Positions 1-13,400 of a stretch of 64,000 nt of DNA are shown piece by piece. The position numbers and the translations under genes were made by a program. The notes beneath the pieces were generated by a model. The model ran no database searches and was not told the origin of the DNA. It saw only the letters and a list, made by a program, of their open reading frames with translations. How positions within the stretch are numbered: position 1 is the first letter of the stretch; every line of letters starts with the position of its first letter. Source of the DNA: Phoronis australis (Eukaryota; Animalia; Phoronida); assembly GCA_002633005.1 (NCBI GenBank), contig NMRA01000307.1:148688-212687 (forward strand). The letters are read 5' to 3'.

Positions 1-869
1 TTTTACACAACAAGTTCCGTTTTCAAAAAACGTCTTTTCTCAATATGTAAAAACCAAATCCCGGCTTTGTTTTATACCTCCGAAAGAAAGTTAACACTAG
101 TGACATGCGTGCCGTTTTGTGACTGACCTATTTTCCCCGTACCTGGAAGGTATTGAACAAACTTGCCATTACCAGATGGAAACTCGCATGGAGGGAGTCG
201 GGAATTATTTGGAGGCTATTCACTTCATGGAAAACTAATTGTTGAGTACGTAAACAGCATAAGTACCACATTTTTGTTGTGAAATTTGCACTGAATTGTT
301 TATTCGGTTAAAGCATCATTTCACAGATTTTTTTCGACTGACGTTTTTCAAACATGAGTTAAGTTGCAAAATGTGGGCTGCGAACAAAAAGCGGAGGGAA
401 TTTGCCCTCGGAGTTAGTTCGAATCTTTAACGACTTTGATGCCAGCCAGTAGCAGGTCAGACCTAGAAAAATCCCGGATACTTTTCAACGGGCATTTTCT
501 CCCTTTTCAAATTGCAAACATAGCTACTCGAATGCACGTGAGAGTGAGAGAGCACTAATTCAACTTTCACGCCGGGAACTTGACTAGCGCCCTAGAGACT
601 TTCAATGGTGGTCGTGTAGAACAGTAACACCGTACCTGCATGAACAAAGTCAGTTTTGGGATCTGAAATTTGTGAGTATTTAACGCGGCAGGAAAGAGCA
701 TAATCTAAACATTTTCTCGATGATCTAAAATCAATTTTGGCGCGTAAAAATGGCGGGAAAATTTTGCGACCTGGCATGTATGAATGCGAGCTGGATTTTG
801 GAAATGCGACGTGGGATTCTGGCTAGGTCGCAAAATGCGACCTGGCGATTTTCATAGCGTCGAGCCCTG
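1..869. mobile_element. Non-autonomous DNA transposon, left end outside window (hAT-like CAGGG terminus)
   Basis: CpG-rich block ending ...GCGTCGAGCCCTG (reverse complement CAGGGCTCGACGC) with repeated GCGACCTGG/GGTCGC subterminal motifs; related termini recur at ~44310-44660. Confidence 0.5.
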
Positions 870-1335
870 AATTAGGTCATCCAGCATTGTGCAAATGGCT
901 GACACTTTTTCCTTTCTGCGATTGGGCCATGCTTGATTCATTAAATGACTTGAAATGTTTAGTCAACTTGCCTTACCAAGTTGAGACCACTTTTTGCTAA
1001 TGTTGAATTACCTGAATGAAAAGGGTTTTTTCGTTTTCATGCAAGTCCAGATTGTAACATCTTAAGTACACGTTTTGGCGAGTATCTTGTCGTGACATGC
1101 AATTTGTTTTGCAAAGTTTGTTTCGGCTCTATTTAACAATTAACTAATTTCAGAAGAACTTTTGTCACAATCCTTGTATTTAACTCCATCATTGCCTTAC
1201 TTGTCATATTCATTGATTTATTCTCTAATATGTTATAGCCAATGTTCTCTTGTGTATGTAAAATTTTAACGATAAATTATTGTGTTTGCAATACTTAACA
1301 TCAGCTGTGTTAATTGCTGTGGTTTTTATTGGCAG

Positions 1336-1402
1336 GCGAGAAAAGGAGTACGCTGTGCAAAGAGAAGAAAGGGATAAAGAGAATTTTCAAAAGAAATTTG
1401 AT
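1336..1402 (+). CDS. BAZ1B: BAZ1B exon, charged coiled-coil REKEYAVQREERDKENFQKKFD
   Basis: GGCAG acceptor, GTGAGT donor; phase 0 into next exon. Confidence 0.85.
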
Positions 1403-4400
1403 GTGAGTTGTTGCTGCTTTACATATTACAAATTTTCTTTGACTGTTTGTATTAAATGAGTCGATTTTATTTTCTGTGTTTTGCATTTTAATTTATGTGC
1501 GTTTTGCGATATATCAGTATTGTGTGTGTATGGCTCCCTAATAAAACCTCTTACCACTTGAAATGTTTATATATGTTCATATTTTTACAAACCCAGCACC
1601 AGTATCTGCTCTTGTAACCTTTTAGTACATGCTTTCAACGTGTGTGTTCTGATCTTTTTAGGATGGCATTGCTCTTGCTAAAAAGGTGCTTAGACAAGGA
1701 CCTATAGGCACGGACCGCAACCATAGTCGGTACTGGGTGTTCCACCATACAACGCCAGGGATATTTATTGAGAAAGGTATGTAGCACCTAGGGATAGACC
1801 GCAACCACAGTGAGTACTCGGTATAATGCTGGTCATGTTCTTAGAATAAGTATATAGGATGTAGACAAAGGCCATAACTAGAGGCGGTAGTGGTTGTTGC
1901 AACATACAACCCCGGGCATATTCATTGAGTGTTAAATAATCACAAAAATTCCATTGTTGCAGTGTGCAAAATGAAGATAAGTTTTGTTGCAGCTAACTTG
2001 CAAGATTTCGCTGAAATGCGAGGTTAAAGCTATTTCAATTAAAGAGGCGTTGTTTATGAAAGGAAACCCATATTAATGTTGCCTGGAAACTGATTAATGT
2101 AATATATTTATGAATAACTTTGAAACTAAAGGCTTGTGATAGGCACTACTTGTGTTTTGTCATTTGAGTAAAATAACCATTATTGTACGAGATGTTCAGG
2201 CTTATTTGTCAACTTAGACTGATGTCATGCTCTACTTCATCAGTTCCGTCCTTTTTGTCATTACTTATTTGTATGCAGAGAAACAGACACGTCTAGTTTC
2301 GCAGTCATCAGACACGTCTAGTTTCCCAGTCATCAGACACGTCCAGTTTCACAGTTATCAGACACCACTAGTTTCACAGTCACCAGACACGTCTAGTTTC
2401 ACAGCCATCAAACACGTCTAGTTTCACAGTCATCAGACACTTCTAGTTTCACAGTCATCAGACACGTCTAGTTTCACAGTCACCAGACACTTCTAGTTTC
2501 ACAGTCATCAGACACGTCTAGTTTCACAGTCACCAGGCACGTCTAGTTTCACAGTAACCAGAAACGTCTAGTTTCACAGTCACCAGACACGTCTAGTTTA
2601 ACAGTCACCAGACACGTCTAGTTTCACTGTCACCAGACACGCCTAGTTTCACAGTCATCAGACACGTCTTGTTTCAGTCATCAGACACGTTAGTTTCACA
2701 GTCATTAGACACTTTAGTTTCGCAGCCATCAGACACATCTTGTTTCACAGTCATCAGACACGTTTAGTTTCAGTCATCATACACGTCTAGTTTCTGTCAC
2801 CAGACAGATCAAGTTTCAGTCACCAGACAGGTTTATTGGCAACCAAATTCACAGCATTAACATTACAGTCCTCAGATGTTATGCAGTGTAACAGTTACTT
2901 ACAGTTTTGATTTGTCTGTATAGTGACCGTAATTGCTACAGCAACTAAAGTTACCTAGAAATTTCGTAGATTCTTTTCCATGGCACGAAAGACCCTTCTA
3001 CAAACGATCTGTATTAGGCAAAGGTCACCATAAAGGAAACAATGGCTAAAAAGAGGCAGCGTGGCAACTAAAGTTATCTAGAAATTTCATAGCGTTTTTT
3101 TCCGTGGTAGGAATGACCCTTCGGTAAAACATCTGTATTAGGCAAAGGTTAGGAAAGGCTGGCTAAAAAGAGGCAGTGTGGCCTTGTGGGTTGAGTGTCT
3201 TCCTCCTGTTCTCTAGGTTGTGGGTTCAAATCCCACTGAACTCTACTGATAGACTGATGAGCCATGTCTCTATCTCCTCAGCTCAGTCTTAATTTGTGCA
3301 GGTGTGTTATATGTATGTGTATATGTTTTATAAAAATGTTTTTAGGTGTTTTAGTGCTATGGGGTCACCTGAGCAGGCTGCACACGTCTGTTGCAACATC
3401 TATCAGACCACCTGCTCTGTTGCAACATCTATCAGACCACCTGCTCTGTTGCAACATCTATCAGACCATCTGCTCTGTTGCAACATCTATCAGACCACCT
3501 GCTCTGTTGCAACATCTATCAGACCACCTGCTCTGTTGCAACATCTATCAGACCACCTGCTCTGTTGCAACATCTATCAGACCATCTGCTCTGTTGCAAC
3601 ATCTATCAGACCACCTGCTCTGTTGTTTTTAATTGTTAACACAGGACGATTATTTTCAGCAGCTCAGGTGCTTTTGATACTCACTGAACTCTTGGTTATG
3701 CAGGTCTAATTAATGAGTCAAGACTTGCTAAGTGATAGCCAAGCATTACATAAGATGTATGTTATTGATATCTGATTACCACAGGTAGTGAATATTATCT
3801 GGTGATGCTTGTCTCTCTATAGGATGGGCTTCACGAGACATTGACTACAGCTACACACTGCCAGACAGTAAACCTGCTAACATAAATAGTGACAGTGATG
3901 ACGAAGGTGATGATGACCAGACTGCAGCAACTAGCACCAGCGACAAGAACATTGAGACTACGTAAGATTGCTGACTCACTTTCTTGTTCCTTGTTCATCA
4001 TGTCTCTTTGTATGGTTGCCTTTCATCGGAAACTTGAAAAATTTAAAATTTCGAATGGTTTCTATGCGTTGAAAGTTCATGGAAAATGTTATGCAATAGT
4101 AAACTCCACTTATTGCTTGTCAAATCATGTGCAGAAGTTCCCAAAGGTGAAAGTCGTCTTTTAATCTCCTAATCTTTATTACATGACCAAGCTATAATAT
4201 CTTGTAGAATGTCTCAATTCATCATATGTTCACTTATGCTTATCAGTGATCATTTATTACTGACTTGTTTGGAAGTTAGGACCGTTGCCCAGAATGTGAT
4301 ATTTGCATAATGAATTATTCTTACAAAACCACTGTGCCATTTTACGGAAATTTATCTTTTGGTAATTTTTTTAAACTGCTATGTAGAGAACGGTTTAAAG

Positions 4401-7400
4401 GATTTCAATGAAAGTTGCCATGGAGGTATGTGATGTCAATGCGCTTGCACCATTAAATTTTCGAGCGGTTTTGACCTCTGCAGCATCTAGTGGCCATTTT
4501 GTTCTCTACATTGAGCTATTGCAAACTCTGCCCCCTTACGTAATGTCGACTAACAAACAATAACTTTTACCCGGCAACGTGTTGTTTGTCGGGTAAAATG
4601 GCGGCTTGGAAACGAAGGTGTGTGAATAATACTGCGTTCTGAATGGTTAGTTAAGCCGTCATTCAAAATCCTGGCGATAGGTCAATTGCTGTTTGGAGGA
4701 AGAGTGTTTCCGGACGATGATTTTTTTTTGAAACTTCACATGGAGATTTATTATGTGATTGCTCTGGCACCACTGTGGGCGCATCTCAATGCCCTAGCGT
4801 TGCTCTTGTTTTAACTGGTTGGATTTCTCTGTGGTTAATCTATCATTTAGTAATTGCTTTAATTTTACAGTGTGCCTCACTTTGGCCAGAATCTGTGGTT
4901 CACATACGATTCAGTGAAAGATATTGACAACCTGCTAGAGACTCTGCACCCGCGTGGTTATCGAGAGGGTGCGCTTAAGATGGAGATTAAGAAGAAATAC
5001 GAAGATGTATGCAAGGCTGTCAGAGCTATGCAGAGGTATAATGATTTTCTGGTAAATATAGCTTAATTGATGTGAAACAGTCGGAAGTGCTTCAAAATTA
5101 GGGATGACTGTTATGTTGTTTGCACACCAAATTTTAGGCTTTGTATCAATACTGATGATTTGGATTAGTAGTGCTTCAGGCAGCTATAAAGTGACCACAC
5201 AGCCATGCTCGTTCTAAGAATGGTGTGACATCTGAAGATGGTCGTGCCAATGTAAATAGGCTAGAGGTGACTGTAAATAGGCTAGAGGTGACTAAATGCG
5301 CTAGAAGTGACTGTAAATAGACTTGGGGTGACTGTAAATAGACTTGAGATAACTATGAATAGGTTAGAGGTGACTGTAAATAGGCCAGGGGTAACTGTTA
5401 ATAGGCCAGAGGTAACTGTAAATAGGATAAAGGTGACTGTAAATAGGCTAAAGATGATTGTTATAGACTAGCGGTGACTGCAAATAGACTAGAGGTAACT
5501 GTAAATAGGCTAGAGTTAACTGTAAATAGGCTAAAGATGACTGTTATAGACTAGCGGTGACTGCAAATAGACTAGAGGTAACTCAGAGCTGTTTTAGGAA
5601 GAAGTTCCATCATTCAAACAAGTCATCGACTGTTTTCTTTGACTGCAGGAACAACCTTGAGTTGCGGTCGTGTGACGGACAAGAAGAGATGTTGACGGGC
5701 TTCCGTCAAGAGTTGCTGGATACTGAGATAAGACTACGCAGCGGGGGCCTCGGTGGAGTTCAAGACCTTGAGAAGTTTGAGCAGACATTGGCCAAGTCTA
5801 CAGACATTAAAAAACTGGTTTGTGTGTTCTCTATATACTGAGTTTTCTGTCTGGAGGCCTTGACATCAAATTCTGGATATGCTTTTGTAGCTGTTGGAAT
5901 AAAGAAACTGAATTATTAAGTTTCATGGGAAAAAGTTACAGCGATCTCCAAGATTTTTTAGAGGAAAATGACCGCTAATTTGAGTACAATCATCTGAGTA
6001 TTAGCATCCTCCTCATCATAAGCCTCTGTAATCGTCAAGTTTTTAAAAATAGTTTTTGTTCATAGGTTTAAATTCAATATAAAAAATAAATTCAAGAAGT
6101 TTGGTCTTTGATATCTTTAGTAACGAACACTGTATGTGAACAATAAAAAGGTAAAGTAGTTTGAAATCGTGAAGATCCTAGAAGCTGACGGAATAGTTTG
6201 TTTAACAAAAACCATATGTCTAACACCACAATTTCACGAGTTTTTGTTCAATATGTTTGTTCTAAATACTTGTAATATTTCTCACCATTTTCCAGGGCGA
6301 GCTAATGATAGAAATGCAGGCTGGTGTGATGGAGAAGTTCCTGCAAGGCATTATGGGTAAGAAGAAATCCAAGGTGAAAGTCGAAGAGAAAACAGAAAAT
6401 GACGAAGAGGGAAAGAGTGAAGGTTTGTTTTACGATTTTAACAATAACAGAAACATCTGTTCTGATATCTTATTCCCAAGATCATGTGCCAATAACTTAT
6501 TTCAAGCTTTCACTTGTTCACATTCCGCCATTTTCACCTGTCTGGTGAATGTTTTCAGCTGCTCTGGTCAGCAGCCATTCTCGACTAATGTTGCATTGAA
6601 TTGAGGTGTGTAACACGATGGATAAGTGTCAGTCAATTTGATTGACATATTGAGGCCTCGTCAAGCCAATCAGATTCACCGACTCGTGATGTCACACATT
6701 CCAATCTATCAAATGGCTACTGACAAGAGGAGTCAAAAACATTTGCAGGTTTGTGGAAGACATTTACAAGCTCATTGGCAACTTGAAAACTAGCTACCCA
6801 AGCATAGTCAGCCAGGAATTACTTTTGTACAACTTCAAATCTCTTGACACGTTAATTGTACTGTTGGGAATGTTAATTAAGGTGCCATAAGATGACTATG
6901 TTTCATAACACAATGTTGATACTTGCTTCTCTATAGTGTTACAGTATCACACACTGACTGACTTCACCAGTTCTGCCGGGTCAACCAACTAAGGTATTGA
7001 GTGGTTCTTTATGACAACTTGCGACTTACAGGCCAGTCAGATGTCTTAGCTAGTTGACCCAGCGGAACGGTTCGAAGTCAGTTGATGATATCCTAATACT
7101 TGCTTCCCTATGGTGTTACATTATCATTTATACAGAGAGGTATCTCAATTCTTCCCTATCCTACACAATGATATCCTGATATTTGTTCCCCATTTCACTG
7201 CTTGCACACTTTGGTGGCGCTGCAAAAAATTATTGTTGTGCATTGTTGTTTGGGACACATTGCCTCGTTTTAGTATTAATTTTAACGACGCAAATGTGAA
7301 AGAGCGCATGTTCCAAACATGCAGAACCATTGTAAATTGGACACAACACCACGTTTTCAAGTATGATGGCGAATTGGTGCAAGTAGGGAATTGGATATCT

Positions 7401-10400
7401 CTGTCATGTTCAACAGTGTCATTGTACTTGCTTCCCTGTGTGATAAAACTGTGACACATAAGGCTGCTGTGACACCAGCTTTCCTGTAGGACTACACTAT
7501 AAGTCTGACCAGTATCATGATAAGGCAGTGTTCTTTGCTGATATTTCCAGATGTAGAAGAAGATGAGGTCATGCCAGTGGGTACACAGAAGTGGATAGAG
7601 GCGGTAGAGTCCGCATCAACGCTGTCTCGTCTTCATGTCCTGTTGGGAATCATGGATAGCTGTATAAGATGGGAGAAGTCAGCAGAAAATGCTGTGAGTT
7701 GAACTGATTGGTCACATTTATGGTCCACTCTTAATGTCTGTAATGCAACATAAAGTTTAGTATCGTGGATTTGTGTGCAACTTGTTCAGGAGTCTGCATG
7801 AACTTTGTGAGTCAGACATTTTAAGCTATTCAGACAAACTCAGTTTCTTAATATGGCTTTGGATTAAGAAGTGGCATTAACTTATCAATTTTAATCATTT
7901 TGACTGCAAATTAATTTAATGAATATTAAAAAGCTCTAAAATGAATGTATGCTTAGTGACAATAATGCTGCGGAATTGGAGAAGTAAATAAATAAATAAA
8001 TGAACAAATTATAAAAGGGGACAAGGAAGTAAACTGACCGACAATAAAAGGCATTATTTGGTTTGCCAAATCTTTCATACAGTACATGCCAAAAATAATC
8101 TGACAAAATGACCCAGATGGCAGAATGCAAATCTAATTCACCATCTAAATACTAGCTAGAATGTCAAGACAAGGTGATAACTAGAGTGACCTGTCAAGAC
8201 AAAGCAATATCTAGAATGATGTGTCAGGGCAAAGCAATAGATAGACTGATGTGTCAAAACGAGGCAATAGTATTTTGTTTTGATAATTTTTTCCGTGTAC
8301 TGTAAAATTCGCTATCAGCTTTTTAGGGGTCTATTTCATATTGACTTTGTTCAATCTACCTTCAGTCTGCCTTGCAGTGTTTCTTCACCAAGTTAGACAT
8401 TTTCGCCATTTCCATTTGCAGAAGTGCAAGATCTGTCGTCGTAAGGGTCACGATGACAAACTGTTACTGTGTGACGACTGTAACCTACCCTTCCACTTGT
8501 TTTGCCTGCGACCAGCTCTCAGTAGGATTCCTGATGGTGACTGGTTCTGTCCGGCGTGTATTGTGAGTAATAAATTATTAGTGTAATGGATGCTCGACTG
8601 AAAGGTCACGAGTTCAAACCCTGGCTGTTGCTGTCATGTGGTTGTGTTTGTGTGCAAGGCTTTTAACCTGCCTTGCTCTAGTCAACTCGGTGTCTTTAAG
8701 TACAAGCCATGTCTGGGAAGTTACCTATGATGGTCTAGTGTCTTGTTCAGAGGCAGTTTAATGCTTAGAAGGATTTACTGTACTGTAAAAGTAGCTTTGA
8801 TAATGACCTACAAGAACAATACAGTTTAGAAGTAATTCGACATAAGATGTGGTAGGTAGTAAACCAAAACTTAGTTGTGAATTTAACATTGTGGACAAGA
8901 TGGCTGGAACAACATTTGCTTGGTGTCCTGTCTTCTGCTGATGGTCCCAAGTGATCAGTGATCAGGGGTACATTCATAACTTGCCGGATGTCCCTACGTC
9001 AATCCTCATTCATAGCAGAAAGCAGACATGTAACTCTTGTGTTAGGCATGCTAACATCATAAAGTTTTACCAACTGGGTCCCAATTTTTGGGATAGTTGA
9101 AACATCATACTTGTGCAATCTACTTGTATTTCTACCAAGGTATTTTATCTGTTTCAGCCCGACACTCAGAGAAGACGGTCACGAGTGAACTATAAAACAA
9201 TGATGAGCACCGATTCGTCCGAGTCCGAGGTATGTTGGTGATGATGGCGTGCATTTATGTAGGTCACACAGTTGCTAAAACATATTTGCTTTTGAGATTC
9301 TTGTTTCTGCATTGTGACTTGCAAGCTGTATACAGTATATCACCAGTTATAACTTACAAGCTGTGTACAGTACATCACCAGTTGTGACTTACAAGCTGTG
9401 TACAGTATATCACCAATTGTGACTAACAAGCTGTGTACAGTATATCACCAATTGTGACTTACAAGCTGTGTACAGTATATCACCAATTGTGACTTACAAG
9501 CTGTGTACAGTATATTACCAGCTGTGACTTTTGACCTGTGTACAGTATATCACCAACATGGTAAAGCAGTGATGGTGTTCGAATAGGTTTGTACAGTAAA
9601 ACACAAAACAATGAATTATCTTCGTTGGATGTTATACCCATTATTTCCTGTCTGTTCTAATGGTTTTTACTGAGAGTCTTTAAATTTAGTTTCTCAATTG
9701 AAGAATCAAATTCCGATTGTCTTACGTCCAGCTGTGGGCATGAAAGTTAACTAAACCAAATCTTTTTTGATAATTGCAAGTGTATTCTTGGATGCTTTTG
9801 GAGTATTAGCAAATTTGTTTAAAAATAGCTGAACTTGCAATAAAGACATAGCAAAAGCCTTCATTCTTGACGTCTAAAAACTTAAAAGCTTGACTGTGTC
9901 TATGATTCGCAGAGACAGGTCACTGCAGAAAAATCGTGAACAGTTTTAGGTGTGTTCAAACTTAGACGCTTGAACAACCCTGTATTATACCCAGTGACAT
10001 CTAGTGGAAGCTCAAGACACTGAGAAGGTTGCAGACTTTACATTGGCCATGTCGGAAATTTTTGCTAACTTTTTGGTTATAAACAAGAAATCAAAAAACA
10101 TCCAATGGACAAAAGTGGCGGGACTGACAATCTCAACAAACTATACAATCCTAATTTGGCACTCCCAAGAACGCCTGGTAGGAGAAAGTTGCACTGACTG
10201 AGACCTCAGAGACACAACATGGAGTTAAAAAATTTCTGTGGTAAATATTCTATATTTTCCAGGGTTTTACGGTAAAATTGTCAACCCTTAAAATCTACTA
10301 ATTTCTGAATTTTTGCACATTTAAGTAAGTAATATTTATATTGTGTAGTTTATTAATGCCATGTTTTCTTTGGCTGCAGGAAGAGTCGAGTATAGAACAT

Positions 10401-13400
10401 GAAGCTGAGTGTGCTGTTTGTGGTGGTGATGAAGACCTGGTGCAGTGTGCCCAGTGTCCATCTTCCTATCATATATACTGTCACAACCCTCCACTTAGGC
10501 ATAATCCTAGGTAAGACTGCATATGGATGGTACTATTCATTTGTCTTGTACCATTCTTACAAATCTGCTGTTCTACACTCCCCTGGGAACAGGTTCTAAC
10601 CTTTGTACACGGAATCATACTGAAACTTATTTTTGTGCGCCCGCATTTACATATTTTGTGGGTGCACACTGATGTCATCCCCGGTGTCCACTTCGGTATC
10701 TCATAAACGCCTTGTATGATCTTAATGGCTGACATGTTCTTATGAACATGATAACAGATGATGATGAGTTTCTGTCCGATCCGACTGCTGTTGTACCCCC
10801 TAATGCAAATTTATTTTTTGGTGAGTTCCTTGGTAGATGTTCATGAAATATGGCCAATAGATTTCTATTTAAGGGATGTTAAAGCCTGTTTTGATGATTT
10901 CATCCAGTCCTCGTTCTGTCACCAGCTCTCGCATCATTGGTGCCAGTCTTGAAAGATAGAAGTAGGAATCAACTAAAAAGTTATACTCCCTATGTCAAAT
11001 TGAATATTATGATTCTTGGTGTGTGGCCTTTCTCCACAGTTGCCTTGTAATTCGCTAAAAGCGTGGAGTTTTCAAATTTTCCTCCAAAGTTTTGAGGTTT
11101 TTTGAGGGTTATAGAGCATTATTTTGTTTCAAAGAACTGGGTGGGAAAGTCGTACATCTGTTATTAGCCAAAACTGGGTTTGTTATCCTTTTAAGGTGAC
11201 AACGATGTCACTCCATTTTTGGACAAATCTGGCGTATTTTGTGCCACCTAGTGGCCATTTTTTATAATTGTGAAGTCGATTTTCTACCCGCCAAACTGTT
11301 TGAAAATCATTATGCAAATTTGCTGACATATTCCTGGTAAGAAGACTACAGCTGATGTTAATTAGTGGACGGGTCCAACTACACAGGAATAACATTTTCA
11401 TATACAATTACTTTTACTAACATATTGCACAATCTCACTTTCCATCAAAGAAACAAACTTAATTTAGACCACTTCTACTATGATACTGTTCTTTACTCGC
11501 TGCTTTGTGGCTTTGGAAAGCACTGACAATCTGGTAATGATTGAGTCAACCATGCTTGACGTGCCGTTATAAGATATATTGATAGACATGGTCTTGACCA
11601 GTTAAAATTGTCAGTTCATTCCAAACACAGAAATAATTGTAACTCTAAGTTGTTTAAATCAAAAAGTTTTTTGGCAAAAATTGGCAGGTTTCTAGTAGTT
11701 TTAAAGTTTCCTTGAAGGTAGTTGACAGGCCAAAATATCTTGACGAAAGTAATCTGACAAAGTACCATTTTCCAATCATGACTAATTTTGGTAAATATGA
11801 CCTGCAAAATTTTAATTAAATGATAGTGCTGGCCACCTTTCTAACTTTCATGATAAATAATACTGCTAGTCACCATTCATGATAATTCCTTTCCATTCTC
11901 AGTCGTGAGGGAAGACTAGTCCAACAATGAATTCGGCTTCCACCTAGCCATCACGACGGGGTATTCTGGGTCATTTTATCTGAATTCTTTTGGCTTGTAC
12001 TGTATGACTGTAACAAACTGTTGTTTAGTGTTATTACCGTGGGGAGATTTTGCTTTTCGCAACTCCATTACGAGAATTTGTTATGTTTTTCAGAGGAACT
12101 TGGGTATGTCAGCCGTGCAAAGCTGGTGTCAAGACTCGATCTGGAGGTGGAAAGAATAGGAAGAGAAGAAGTACGTGTCAGTACCAGATGTGTGTCAGTA
12201 CCGGATTTGTGTCAGTACTGGATCTGTGTCAGTACTGGATCTGTGTCAGTACTGGATCTGTGTTAGTACCGGATCTGTGTCAGTACCGGATCTGTCAGTA
12301 CCGGATCTGTGTCAGTACTGGATCTGTGTTAGTACCGGATCTGTGTCAGTACCGGATCTGTCAGTACCGGATCTGTGTCAGTACCGGATCCGTGTCAGTA
12401 CCAGATATTTGTGTTATGTACTTGTGACTTGATAGTTGACATTTCAGTGGTATTGTTATAGTCAATTGCAAGGGTCTCGCATTTTGGGAATGATGCGCGT
12501 CAAAATCATTCTCAAAATCTTAGATCCTTGTAAGCGACTATACCTATGTGGTGCATTAATGTGAGCTCAGTGTTTGACTATGAACAAGTTGAAAGTGACT
12601 ACATAGTGCTTGTGAAACAACTATCCTGCATGTAGAAATGCATCATTCAGGGAATTACAGGGAACCCATAACACTACAAATGCCCATATGATAATGCATT
12701 TGGGCCTATATGTGAAACATTTTTTATATCTGCGCTTTGGAATTTTGCACAAGTAAATTGGAAGAGGATGTTGTTTGAATGAGTGAGTGAAAGTTGACTT
12801 GTCTGTTTCAAACTGTTATTATACAAGGGTTACCCACCTATGGCTTTAAGTGAAATGTTATACAAGGGTTACCCACCTACGGCTGTAAGGGAAATGTTAT
12901 ACAAGGGTTACCCACCTACGACTGTAAGTGAAATGTTATACAAGGGTTACCCACCTGTGGCTGTAAGTGAATTTTTGGCACATGCATCTACATAAATGGT
13001 TAAACAATGTGATAGAAATTATCTCTTTAAAACTCGACACAGGCATTTCAAGAATTAGTAATCTGGTGGTGTTTTAGTTCTTTTATTCATGTTGTGCTGT
13101 CGCCTCAGATGTCAGCAAGCGCCCTATTTATGCGGATGAATCGAGCAGTGAAGAGGCCTCTCCCGTGAAAAGGACCAGCTCAAGAACACGGAGACAACGG
13201 GACTACGTGGAAGAGAGTAGTGAAGAAGAACCGCCCTCGAGAACGTCATCTAGAGGAGGGAGGGCAAGTCGAAAGCAGGTCTCGTACGCTGAGGAATCAG
13301 ACAATGACTCAGTTGAGCAACCTCCAGCCAAGTCAAGGAGGAAGTCAGATACTGGGATGAGTAACAAAGAGAAGTTAGAGGTAATTTATGTTAAGTTATG

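Noticed and set aside
2285-2830. Regular short repeats that could look like a CRISPR array (also 14690-15035, 43035-43320, 60394-60616)
   Set aside because: Head-to-tail units with no unique spacers, no cas genes, eukaryotic intronic context.
3264-3709. Three overlapping ORFs with repeated Cys/His peptides
   Set aside because: Translation artefacts of a stop-free 29-bp minisatellite inside a BAZ1B intron.
12175-12432. Repetitive SVPDLCQY ORF
   Set aside because: Product of the 17-bp minisatellite; only 12094-12170 fits the spliced gene.
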